The notes under the pieces were generated by a model, which was not told where the DNA came from, made no database searches, and worked only from the letters and a program-made list of their open reading frames with translations. The position numbers were made by a program, and so were the translations under genes. A stretch of 54,211 bases of DNA, counting the filler, from Diploschistes diacapsis (Eukaryota): assembly GCA_023645945.1 (NCBI GenBank). It is 4 parts of 4 records of this genome, joined end to end, with 100 filler letters (N's around TTAATTAATTAA, not from the genome) between each part and the next. Parts side by side here need not be neighbours in the genome. Positions count along the whole stretch, not along the records: positions 27,164 to 40,637 come from JALAIB010000658.1; positions 40,738 to 54,211 come from JALAIB010000659.1; 2 more parts are not named here. One strand, 5' to 3'. Positions 34,501 to 44,781 of this stretch are shown in pieces (the first letter of the stretch is position 1; the number at the start of each line of letters is the position of its first letter).

Positions 34501-37271
34501 GAGTGATGCATATCTCGACCTTAACGGCACTGATCTTATGGAACAACATCTTCTGCCATACGCTGCGAAATACTGGGATAAGCATCTCGACAGTGTTTCT
34601 GGACATCGCGCTTCAGGTGGTTGCGAGGACCCAGAATCGTTCTGTAACCGTGTAATGAGGTTCATACAATCAAGTCAGTTTGTGACTTGTTTGCAGGCAC
34701 AAAGTCTATTGGTAGAAGGTACAGCCACATCACTGCCTACTGAGGTTCAAGCTAATACCATCTATGCAGGGCAATTTCAGTTCTGGTTAAGTGCCAATCA
34801 CACATACTTAGGACCACACATTAAGCGCGTCTTCCCGCAATGGTTTGCTGGAGAATGTCACCCACTCCTTGCTCAAGATTATCAATTCCTCATTGGAGAG
34901 TGGGGAGAACTTCTTGATACGATAACTAGCTCACGAGGACCCTTTCCCGGTGAAATAGATCGGTGCTTGTGGAAGGCTCTAGGACCTAATCATTTCCTTC
35001 GAAAGGCAGCGTCTCGTTATGAAAGCTTTATGCTCTCAGAGGGACATGAAGCAGGCGACCCACTACCTCGACGATATTATGACGCGGTGAATGAAGCAGG
35101 TGACCAAATGCTGATCCTGAAACTTGAAAATCTGTAGGTACTATCATAAACGAAGTTAATGATATTTGAAGCTTTTTCGGGTCCCAGCTGCATATCATTG
35201 CTAACCAATATACAGGCAGGCGAACGATTCGGAATTACAGTTCGAATGTCAGTCATGGAGGCTGGACGGGCAAAATCCAGGATGTGCCAAAACCGAAAGA
35301 CTCAATATAGTACGCTCTGCTTGGCGTCTTTACGAGTATCCCCTTCTTGAGAAAGTACCGGGCAGATCTTTACCTATCGATGCGACGCCGGATCTTCAAC
35401 ATCTCAGAATCGGCTCTCAAATCTTTGCGAAGTCCCTTCGAGGCGCGTATAAAAATCTTCCTCTTCGTGATTCGGGGCTGTACATTGAAGATATTGCAAG
35501 CCAGGGCCGCTACTTGGCAGTTTCACGACGTAATGAAATCACGGAAAAAGATCTTTACGCATACCAAAATGAAGCGGAAGCAGATACAGGGAGAGACTAT
35601 GCCGAATATCTTGTCCTAAGGCTCGAAGAATACCTTCGGGCAAAACAAGGGACTACCGTATCGTCCGCTGCAACAACGCAATCAGAAGAGTCGTCCCAGC
35701 CTGCTCCATCATCACGCACATCTCTATCGCGTCACTCGGAAAAGGAAGTCCAGGAACAGATTGCTGAAACTCAGGTTACTGATGGCGTAGAGTCTGAAGA
35801 CTTGTCCGATTCACATGTAGAGGAAGAACTAGTAGAGTCTGAGGCGGCTGAGAACGAGAGTCTGAACCTGGAAGACTCGCTGACAGAATCCGATGTGAAC
35901 TCTGCTGAAATGTCGTGGAGCGAAGCTTCAACACAGGCAATCTCGGAAATTGATGAGGATTACTGGAATGACTGGGAAAGCAAAGACCCAGAGTTGGAAG
36001 ATTTCAATGATTCGAATGCATCTGACCCTTCGGAATCCGAGGTTGAAATTAAGAGCGAAAGCTCGGAGACTATTTCAAGTGCCGACGATATCGAGATATC
36101 TGGCGCTAACATCAGTCTGCATTATCGGAAACAAATTGGTAGAGAAGAAGAAGTCTATCAGGACGACGACAGTTATGAAGAACGAGCGTCAGACGGTTTG
36201 GAAAGTGAATATTCTGGAAGTCACGTTAGCAGTACGGAAGACGAGGAAAGTGGGCCAGAGAACGAACACGGACGTCGGCTAGAGGACCTGCTGCTAGGCA
36301 GACAAAACGCCTCACAGAAAGTCACGCAAAAAATCACCATCCAAGTCTATGACACCGCGGATGGAGCGAAGGCACACCCTTCCATATTCCATTTCACACA
36401 GAACGCAGCTGCTACAATTTATGCCTCGCCACCAATTTTTCACCCCACAAAACCCCTTCTCGTCTGGCCCATCGGCAACAACGAAATCCTTTTCGCAGAC
36501 GTCTCTTCTAACACGTATTTTACCCGTCTCCTCAACTGCACCACATACAATACCTGTCACGTTTTCGTCAAAGCCCACTTCTCTCCCGACGGTACTTGCC
36601 TGCACTTCGCAGCTCTAGAAGCCAGCCAAATCGACACTGGGTTCGGCCCAGAGTCCACGAAACCTAACATTAGGCTCAATCTTCAGGTAACTACACATCG
36701 GCTATCAAACCGGAAGACAACGCGTGCCCCACCGCGTCTCGTTTTTCGCACTAACCTTCCCCTCGGCAAAGTCTCGCGCCTCAATGTGTCCAGCTTACCC
36801 TATACTCTCACATGGCGCGCCAACGATCTATACCTGACGACACGATCCAACATCCTCCAGGTGATCCGAATCCCGCTCTTTCCTCTCGTATCGGGCGTCA
36901 ATTCAGTCCCAATTTGCTACACGCAATCGCCAGTTTTCCTCCCGCGCACGACGCTGTCGCGGAACGTATACTATTTCCCACCCGCCAACAGAACCGAGAA
37001 GGGAAGCAAAAACAAGCGGGACAAAGCAATGGCGATCATCGGCAGCCATAGTTCGATGCCGTCTCAGAGACTTGTTGTGCCAAGGGTTCAGGTATCGCCT
37101 CCCATAGGCGTACTTTTGGATGAGGAGCGCGATCTCGGCGGGTGGCAGTGCAAGACGAACTCCAAATGGAACGAAGATGCAGGGGCAACCAAGGGCGCGG
37201 GAAGATTGCAAGCCAGGTTCGAGGCATTTGATCTGAGGGAGGATTGCGATATTATACCTTATCTATTTTGA
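31522..37271 (+). CDS. NACHT/STAND (NLR-like) protein: helical N-terminal domain, NPHP3-type NACHT, winged helix, and non-canonical C-terminus with a long acidic insert; multi-exon, 5' end uncertain
   Basis: Spliced by eye: VIDTLAQADPMPTSVIWGCLRAVIN|SSSRFLHLYDEI...SYINIIRFW (Goodbye/DUF7708-like); RSPDTCLWL; Walker A LWLRAAPGIGKS (33337-33360); Walker B IFLDGLDEE; KADGCFLWASL; ARRPLRLDELSEA; HSSVQKFL; LLPYAAKYWDKHL. An open frame runs from about 35217 into ORF 35514..37271. The start codon could not be fixed; 31522 is the nearest candidate. Confidence 0.85.
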
Positions 37272-37817
37272 TGGGATGATACAGAACTCTTAAAGCCAAC
37301 TTGTCGGCAGCACCTTTAGGCTATCTATCTTGATGATGTGAGCATTACTTGAGCGCAGCGATGTGTCTGGGGACGAATGAATAATGATGATATTGGTCTT
37401 TTTGAGTACTGGCTCAACGCTTGTAATGGCTTGTAATGGTCTGTAATGGCTACGCTCACATGGAGTAGCTATGCAGTCGGCTTCTGTGTCTCTGGGCAAT
37501 CACTAAAAGAATATGCTTAGATATGCGTATACAGACCGATTACCAGATTGAGAATCTCAGGGGTATAGTGATGACTAAGCAAGTAGCAAGCAAACATTGC
37601 AAAATGATGACATCGTTTAGCCTCGGTCCATATGATTTTGTTATGGGATGTGCAATTAATTCAGTGCAGCAAGACGGCCTTGTCCGAATCCTAGGTTCGT
37701 GAATCTCGACGTTACTTGTGCTTTCTATTTATCTTCTTGTACCTTATATTCTGACTATATAGTCTTGCTATTTCGACGCCTCTGGCCATAGTGGCCTTGC
37801 AGTCTCCTACTCTCAAG

Positions 37818-39836
37818 ATGTCATTCCTTGGTGGCGCCGAGTGCTCAACAGCCGCAAATCCTCTGGCCCAATTCTCCAAACACACACAAGATGACAAGTC
37901 ATTGCAGAGGGATAGGCTTGTTGGTCGAGGCGGAGGGGGGCACTTTGACAGCATACGCTCTCAGATGCCGACAACCCACAACGACAAGGTTCGTGCAACA
38001 GCGTAGTAGGCGCTTTACGTTTAGCAACATCCAAGAGGAATTAGTTGGCTCATGCAAATACAGATGATGGCCAGCTTTCTGCAGCAACCGAGTCTTCCTC
38101 AACAAGCGCCACAGCCTTTTGCTATGGACCAGATAAGAAGGGACCTTCCAAACTTCACATCAGCGGTGCCGCGGACAGGATCACCATCGTGGGCGGCTGA
38201 ATTCGGCAGCAGCGACCACATCCATATGGACGCTCCCTTCCACCCTGTAAAAAATGCAGCCTCCCCGGGTTTCAGCTCATCAGAATTTCAAAAATTCCAA
38301 CATGCTACCGGGGGTGCACGGATAGCCTCGCCGACGTTCAATGCTTCCACCATGAATGGCTATCAAAGGCCAATGGGCATGAATTACGGAATGGGTATGA
38401 ACGGGATGGGAATGATGGGCAACTACCGACCGATGATGAATATACAACATCAACCCGAGGCCGTGGCGGAGGGCAAAGACAAGGGCCGAATGGTCGAACT
38501 GGATGACAAGAACTGGGAGCAGCAGTTCGCCGAAATGGATGTTGCGCACCAAGATCAAGTCGATGATGCCGCCAACACAGCAATGGAGGAAGAGATGAAT
38601 GGCATAGACAGGTCAGTAGCTTCCCAGACGTTAAACGGCGACTTTGAAAGCATCTGGCAAGGGATCGAAGCTGAAAAACCCGCCAACAGAGACCTAGTCG
38701 CCGAGTTTGAAGACTACTCCAGGCACACAGGCGACTTCGATCCCTGGTCGGGCTTCGACTCGCTGGGGAGCCACGGCGGCTTCCACGACCCGCAGCTTGG
38801 CGACTACCTGTTCGAAGAAGACAACATCTTCCGCGCGACGCAGGACCCCTTCAACGAGGGTCTCAAGATAATGTCCGAAGCAGGAAATCTATCCCTTGCA
38901 GCCCTCGCCTTCGAAGCCGCCGTCCAGCGCGACCCGCAGCACGTGCAAGCATGGACCATGCTCGGCGCCGCACAGGCACAAAACGAAAAGGAAACGCCCG
39001 CCATCCGCGCGCTCGAGCAGGCGCTCAAAGTTGACCCCACGAACCTCGACGCCCTGATGGGCCTCGCCGTCTCGTACACGAACGAGGGCTACGATGCGAC
39101 AGCCTACCGCACGCTAGAGCGCTGGCTAGCAACCAAATACCCGCAGATCATATCCCCGGATAATCTCTCCTCCGCCACTGACGTCGGCTTCACCGACCGC
39201 CTGCTCCTGCACGACAAAGTCAGCAACCTCTTCATTGCCGCTGCCCAGCTGTCGCCGGACGGCGAGCACATGGACCCGGACGTGCAGGTCGGGCTGGGCG
39301 TGCTGTTCTACGGCGCGGAGCAGTACGACAAGGCGGTCGACTGCTTCCAGTCGGCGCTGGCGTCGACGGAGACGGGCACCTCGAACCAGAGGGGTCAGGT
39401 GCATCTGCTGTGGAACAGGCTGGGCGCGACGCTGGCGAACTCGGGCCGCTCCGAGGAGGCGATCGCGGCGTACGAGCGCGCGCTGACGCTGAACGCGAAC
39501 TTCGTGCGGGCGCGGTACAATCTAGGGGTCAGCTGTATCAATATCGGCTGCTACGAGGAGGCGGCGCAGCATCTGCTCGGGGCGCTGAGCATGCACGCTG
39601 TTGTCGAGAGGGAGGGGAGGGGGAGGGTAGAGGAGGTACTGGGGATGGCCGCGGCCAAGGCAGGGGCCGGCAATGTGGACGAGGCCCAGCTCGACCGCCT
39701 GATGAGCATGAACCAGAGCAGCAATCTGTACGAGACGCTGCGGAGGGTGTTTGGGCAGATGGGCAGAAGGGATCTGGCGGAGAGGGTGGTGCCCGGTGTG
39801 GATGTGGGGGTTTTCAGGGGCGAGTTTGAGTTTTGA
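37818..39836 (+). CDS. PEX5: Peroxisomal targeting signal 1 receptor (2 exons)
   Basis: Exon 1 (37818-37988) MSFLGGAECSTAANPLAQFSKH with the conserved N-terminal Cys; intron 37989-38063; WxxxF motifs (WAAEF, WEQQF); TPR block LAFEAAVQ...QAQNEKE...LAVSYTNE...LWNRLGATLANSGRSEEAI...RARYNLGVSCINIG. Confidence 0.97.
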
Positions 39837-40637
39837 GTCGGTGCGGGGTCTGTCGGTGGGCGGGAGGAGCAGCACGGGCCTGGAAAGGTAAAGGGACAGC
39901 GTGAGGCTGTGAAGGAAATGGAAAAGGAAAGGGGGATGGGGAAGAGGGGGGTGAGTACGGAGAGCTGGAGAGGCTGGAAAGGGGAGAGGTGCCAGAGGAT
40001 TTGTGCTTGGCACTTGGCTATTTGATGCGTGGGGAGCCGACATATCTTTATGCGCGCGAGCGCTGGGCGTTGCTGGGCGTTGTTTGCTTGCGGAATTGGG
40101 GGACGGAAACGGGGGTTGGAGATGAGGGATGAGAGCTTGGAGCACGTGTCGTGTGGCATTGGGTGTTAGTGTAACTGTTAGCGCATAGCATCCTTGGATT
40201 GGATGGTGGACGGGGGGTGCAATGGATGTGAAGCGATGTGAAGTGGAGTGAAATCTCCTCTCCATTCGGTGTCCTGTCCCGAGAAAGTAGCGCTATGGTG
40301 CTTGTTGTATCTTGCACAATACGATGCAATGCGTGAAAGAGGCCGTGATACACGTTGGTAGAAGTAATGTACCGAAATATGCCATGACACGAGGTGACGC
40401 TCGTGGACTTCGTCATGGATTATCTGCCCCGACGATGCCCATGCCGTTTGCCGCTGCGAAGGAGTGTTTCCAAATCCCAACCGGGAGCTCCACACTGACA
40501 GCACGCAACACTCTTGAAGCCCGGTCTAGAGCTCCAAGAGTTCCTCTTACTTCCTCCTCCTCCCGAACCTAGCCGCCTGCCCCTTTCCCTTTCCACTCCA
40601 CTTTCCATTACTACTATTCCCCCCCTTCTCCTTCTCC

Positions 40638-40737
40638 NNNNNNNNNNNNNNNNNNNNNNNNNNNNNNNNNNNNNNNNNNNNTTAATTAATTAANNNNNNN
40701 NNNNNNNNNNNNNNNNNNNNNNNNNNNNNNNNNNNNN
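40638..40737. other. Artificial contig spacer N44-TTAATTAATTAA-N44
   Basis: Identical to the other two spacers. Confidence 0.98.
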
Positions 40738-41045
40738 ACTGACAGTTACGTATAGAACCGCTTATAATAGTTCATTTAAATAAAATATTTTTTGGTTGGT
40801 TAAAGCAAATTTTAAAAGATTCCAAAATCCGCTTTTCGAGTCCTTATTTTCAATTCGCTTAAAAAAAATAACTAATAACGTAATCAATGTGCACTTTTTA
40901 TATATGATAGATAATTGATTAAAAGAAATATTCTGAAAATAAAATAAAAATAACGATAAATTTCGAAGAATTATTGAAGATTTAAACTATTTCTTGGCAA
41001 AAGTGGCCGGAATCTGGGGGTGGCCGGAATCCCCGTCAAACACAT
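40738..41045. mobile_element. AT-rich (RIPped) end of a probable Fot1/pogo-type DNA transposon
   Basis: Extreme AT content; 12-bp direct repeat GTGGCCGGAATC (41003-41014 and 41020-41031) followed by CCCGTCAAACACAT|TA, similar to the ...ACGT|TA ends of Fot1-family TIRs. Confidence 0.55.
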
Positions 41046-41048
41046 TAG

Positions 41049-41349
41049 TGTAATAGGGAAACAGTGCTTCGGGGTTCCTGAAAGCATTGTGTTCAGTCTT
41101 TTGGCTCAGTGGGATAGTTGCTACCTATTAGGCACTACCCCCGCTGTTACACTTATCTTCATCTTCATTTCATTTCCTCTGACAATAATTGTGACCTGTA
41201 GGGTCATAGATCTGCCACCTGCTGCCACAGCTACGCACCTATATATAATGTAATAGGGAAACAATGCTTCGGGGTTCCTGAAAGCATTGTGTTCAGTCTT
41301 TTGGCTCAGTGGGATAGTGTTACCTATTAGGCCCTACCCCCGCTGTTCA
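41049..41349. repeat. Two ~102-bp direct repeats with TG...CA ends, separated by 97 bp (TRIM-like or paired solo LTRs)
   Basis: Copy 1 41049-41151 (TGTAATAGGG...CCGCTGTTACA) and copy 2 41249-41349 (TGTAATAGGG...CCGCTGTTCA) differ by only a few substitutions/indels. Confidence 0.85.
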
Positions 41350-41683
41350 ATAATAAAATGGTATTATTGTATTGCAAGACATTCAGCACATATTTCATCA
41401 ATCATTTTTTGCCCATTTAGCTACCCGGCCACCGCCTTCAACAATTAATAACTTACTAACATAATTAGATACAATAAGTGATTGGGACGTGCCAAGGTAG
41501 GAACCTTAGATCGTAACATATTGTTACCCCACATACCTTATTACCCTGTATTTGATAGTGACCTGCTAGTTTAATTCGATAACGTGTTGATAATATTGAA
41601 TACTGACCTTAGCTTCGAAAATAATTCATAACTTATGACTAAGCCAGGATGCCAAGCCTAGAATGAAGAATTATTCGGAATGA

Positions 41684-41760
41684 TGGCAGCAGTAAGACTC
41701 GAACCCACGACCTCCGAAAAAGTCTGCCAGCAATTATCTTCACTATTCGACAATGCCGCC
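41684..41760 (-). pseudogene. Degenerate tRNA-like sequence (tRNA pseudogene or SINE head)
   Basis: Minus strand: acceptor stem GGCGGCA/TGCTGCC plus discriminator A; T arm GTGGG-TTCGAGT-CTTAC with a B box (GGTTCGAGTC); eroded D arm; no clean anticodon arm. Confidence 0.7.
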
Positions 41761-42162
41761 ATTCTTTATTTATATTATTCTTTTAGTTGAATAATTTCTT
41801 TCGAATCGAAATCTTTTACTTTAAGATCAATGCTTACGTCGCTGATTTTGTATCAAGTTTTACAGCGATATTCGTGGACGTGAATATTAAAAGGATTATG
41901 CTAGGGGGCTGGCACTAGAGGCAGCAAAGCTAAGATTCATTGATATAGGATATAAATACACTGTTTTCTTATTTAAAATATCTTAATGGAATCTTAGTTA
42001 AGTAATACTCTAGTTAAATAAGCTTATAAGAAAGCTCAGCTCAACCTCCCTATTACTATCAAAAGAATGTACTAGAGGTATCGGCTATTTTAGGGTCATT
42101 GGGGTGATGCAGCTTCTTCGCTTGGTATAGTTGTGATTGCTTTATTCCTGAGCACGATAGAT

Positions 42163-43968
42163 TCATTTCACTATCGCTCGAACACCTAGTGAGCCTGGTT
42201 TGGGCCGTGGTGCGAAAGCATCGCTGGCACAATCCACTGCTGTCCTTTCTGTTTCGTGGAGCTCGAATTCGAAATTTCGGTATAGGTTGGCCATGATGAT
42301 GTACCTGGATCACGCATTAATCAGGAGGTTGGAGCAATCACTTTAAATGGGACCACGAACATCTCCGCCAGTGCCAGGTTCATTCCAATACAGGCACGAG
42401 TGCCGCGACCGAAGCTGACCATATAACTATTCAATTGCTTCCCATCCGGCGCTAGGGGGCTGCCCAGCCAGCGCTCGGGTCTGAATGTATAGGACTCGGG
42501 AAAGATCTTTTCATCGTGCGAAACCGCATACTGTGGCGGCGGTCAGCTATAGGGTACAAGCAGGTGTAATTCGGATTGAGCTACGTTGTCCATGCTAATC
42601 ACTGTCATGGGAGGTATCACGTAGGCGCCATAAGCAATGTACATATGGTCTGAAATGCGGTGTCCACGCTGCGAGGTTCCGTATGACATTCGACAAGCTG
42701 AGCGACGAGGCACATTATTAGAGTTGCATAGAAAGGGGGACAATGAGGAGCGCTCACATTCCTCGATGCATGCAGCGAGGTACGGAAGTTGTTCCAATTT
42801 CTCTAACGAAGGCATTTCATCCGGGTCAGGGATTGCTTCTTCGAGTTCCTTTCGAAGTCGCTGAAAAATAGCCGGCGTGTTAAGAATGTGAAAGCAGCCA
42901 ACTGAAAGAGCCCATCTCGTGGTTTCAACACCGGCACCAATAATGGTGGTTGCTTCATGCTGCAAGCGGAGTGGCGAAAGTTCCTGAGGAGGAAGATCAG
43001 ACTCCAAAAGTGCCTTGAAAACTGTCTTCCGGCGAGAGTCTTTGCTCTCGAGCTGGGGGTTTTCGAGTATGTGGGAGATTTGGCGGCGCATTTCCTTTCA
43101 AGGTCAGAGATCTCCCCGAACTCTGAGCTAACCTACCTTGTTAAAGCCATTGACTACATTCATGTCCGGATTGAGCTTCGCTAGTAGGTTATCCGGAAGA
43201 GCACTCAGTATCCTAGCAACCCAAGGGAACTGGGTGACAAGGTGCACGTTATCCAGCAAACTATTCATGGCCTCAGCAAAACCGCAATAAAAATCCGGCG
43301 CCTCTAGCCAGTTATAACGATTTTCAAAACAGTAAGCAACGACGGTATCGGCAACGTAACTAGCAAACATCCAGTCAAGTCGTAGAACCTTTCCACTATT
43401 TCTATACTCCCGACTCAAACGGTTACACAATCCTGTCATTTGAAGCTGCATAACAGGCGCAAATTCAGAAATTTTCCGTTTAGAAAAGAATGGATTTAGC
43501 GCCGCACGTCGGTGACGATGTAACTCATGAGATGGAGTTGGGAAGAGCCCGTTGTCGTTACTGAAACGATGCTGCAGATGCTTTGGCTTGTCCCATGGCC
43601 GCGATTGAGAATAAAGCACATGGAAGAATTCGGAGTCCTGAATATGGACCTCATAGGGACTCAGGCGAATGATAGGACCTTGTAAGAACATCAGAGCCCG
43701 ATTTTTGAAAGCGCTTATATATGAAAATACCGTATCTCTGGTGCAATTTGCGATAATGGAACATGAATTGACCCCCTGGCGGCTTGAAAAGATCATAGTA
43801 AGTCTCATACCACTGTGTCAAGGCTGCAAGCCTTGGGCCCGGGATAGTGGCAAGCGGACTAAGAAACAATCGATAAACGCCCAGACCGAGGAAATAGAAT
43901 ATCAAAATGAACGGGACGGCCGTGATCAAAGAAAAATGAAGCAGGTAATCCTGAGATAGCGACTCCAT
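42163..43968 (-). CDS. Cytochrome P450 monooxygenase (trichodiene oxygenase/CYP58-clan-like), multi-exon
   Basis: ATG 43968. N-terminal membrane anchor followed by LSPLATIPGPRLAALTQWYETYYD; YG|PIIRLSPYEVHI; I-helix GAGVETT; spliced ExxR; FRPERWL; heme motif FGRGTRACIGMNLA (about 42375-42415). Last exon YIIMANLYRNFEFEL...GVRAIVK*. Confidence 0.93.
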
Positions 43969-44781
43969 GGCAAAGATGCTGTCTCTAGGTTGAGTTGGAG
44001 ATGAAAGTTTGCCTCTGCTGTCGAAAATCAAGGCAGGCTCTTGAAGGGATGAAATCTAGATCTACAGCCGAAAATGCGAGTGCGGTTGAAGTGCGAAAGT
44101 CACAAAGAGTCTCAATCCATCTCACCCTGATGGGCTCCCTCGTATGCAGACTGATGCTCGGCAGGTGGGCTGCAGTTGTGGACCCCCACAGACTTCTCCC
44201 AAGGTGGTTTTCTATCTGCATGCAGTACTTTTCTAATGGTTGCACTGCACTGCCACGTCGCTAATAGCAGGCCTGAGTATTCCATATCAATGGAAGCTTG
44301 TGATCTTCATAACAGTAAAATGGCGGTGAAGATTGTGTGTAACATTGGTCTTTTGGCGTGATGTTGCATAATGCAAGTCAAGGAAGCTGATGGCAAAGAC
44401 CCACAACTGAATGTTCCGGAAAAAAGTCGAGCATCTGGTTAGCCACATCATCCTGCCTGTGTTCGTACTGGAAGGCTGGGCTCCAGCTACGCTGGAGCAT
44501 TCCATCCGTAGCCCTTGTATTCATCAATCCGCACCAGAAGAGGGTCGGAAGCGCACATCAGCCTTTTTAGTGCTTGGAGCGAGACAGACAAGGACTATTA
44601 GAGGAGAGGAGAGTCATAAAAGAGAAGCAACAGCCGAGTCATCGAAAGCACCCAAAATCAACTCCCAGTTGAGAAAATAAGGCTACCTGATCCTTCTTTT
44701 CTTCAGACTGTACCTCCGCAATTGCGCTTCTAGAACTTAATCGACTTCCAAGTTTTCAAGGCTGGCTAGAAGAACATCGCA

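Noticed and set aside
39522..40265. Long Pro-rich minus-strand ORFs overlapping the PEX5 3' end
   Set aside because: Artefacts of G-rich sequence lacking stops on the opposite strand.
41049..41349. Repeat-spacer-repeat as a CRISPR-like array
   Set aside because: Only two ~100-bp units, eukaryotic context, no cas genes; the TG...CA ends fit LTR-type repeats.
41684..41760. Functional tRNA gene
   Set aside because: The D and anticodon arms do not pair cleanly and the T stem has two G-T pairs; treated as a pseudogene or SINE head.
42327..42362. Apparent premature stop after the P450 heme motif (LAEMFVVPFKVIAPTS*)
   Set aside because: A GT-AG intron starting within the Met codon restores a normal C-terminus (LAEMYIIMANLYRNFEFEL...), so the gene is not a pseudogene.
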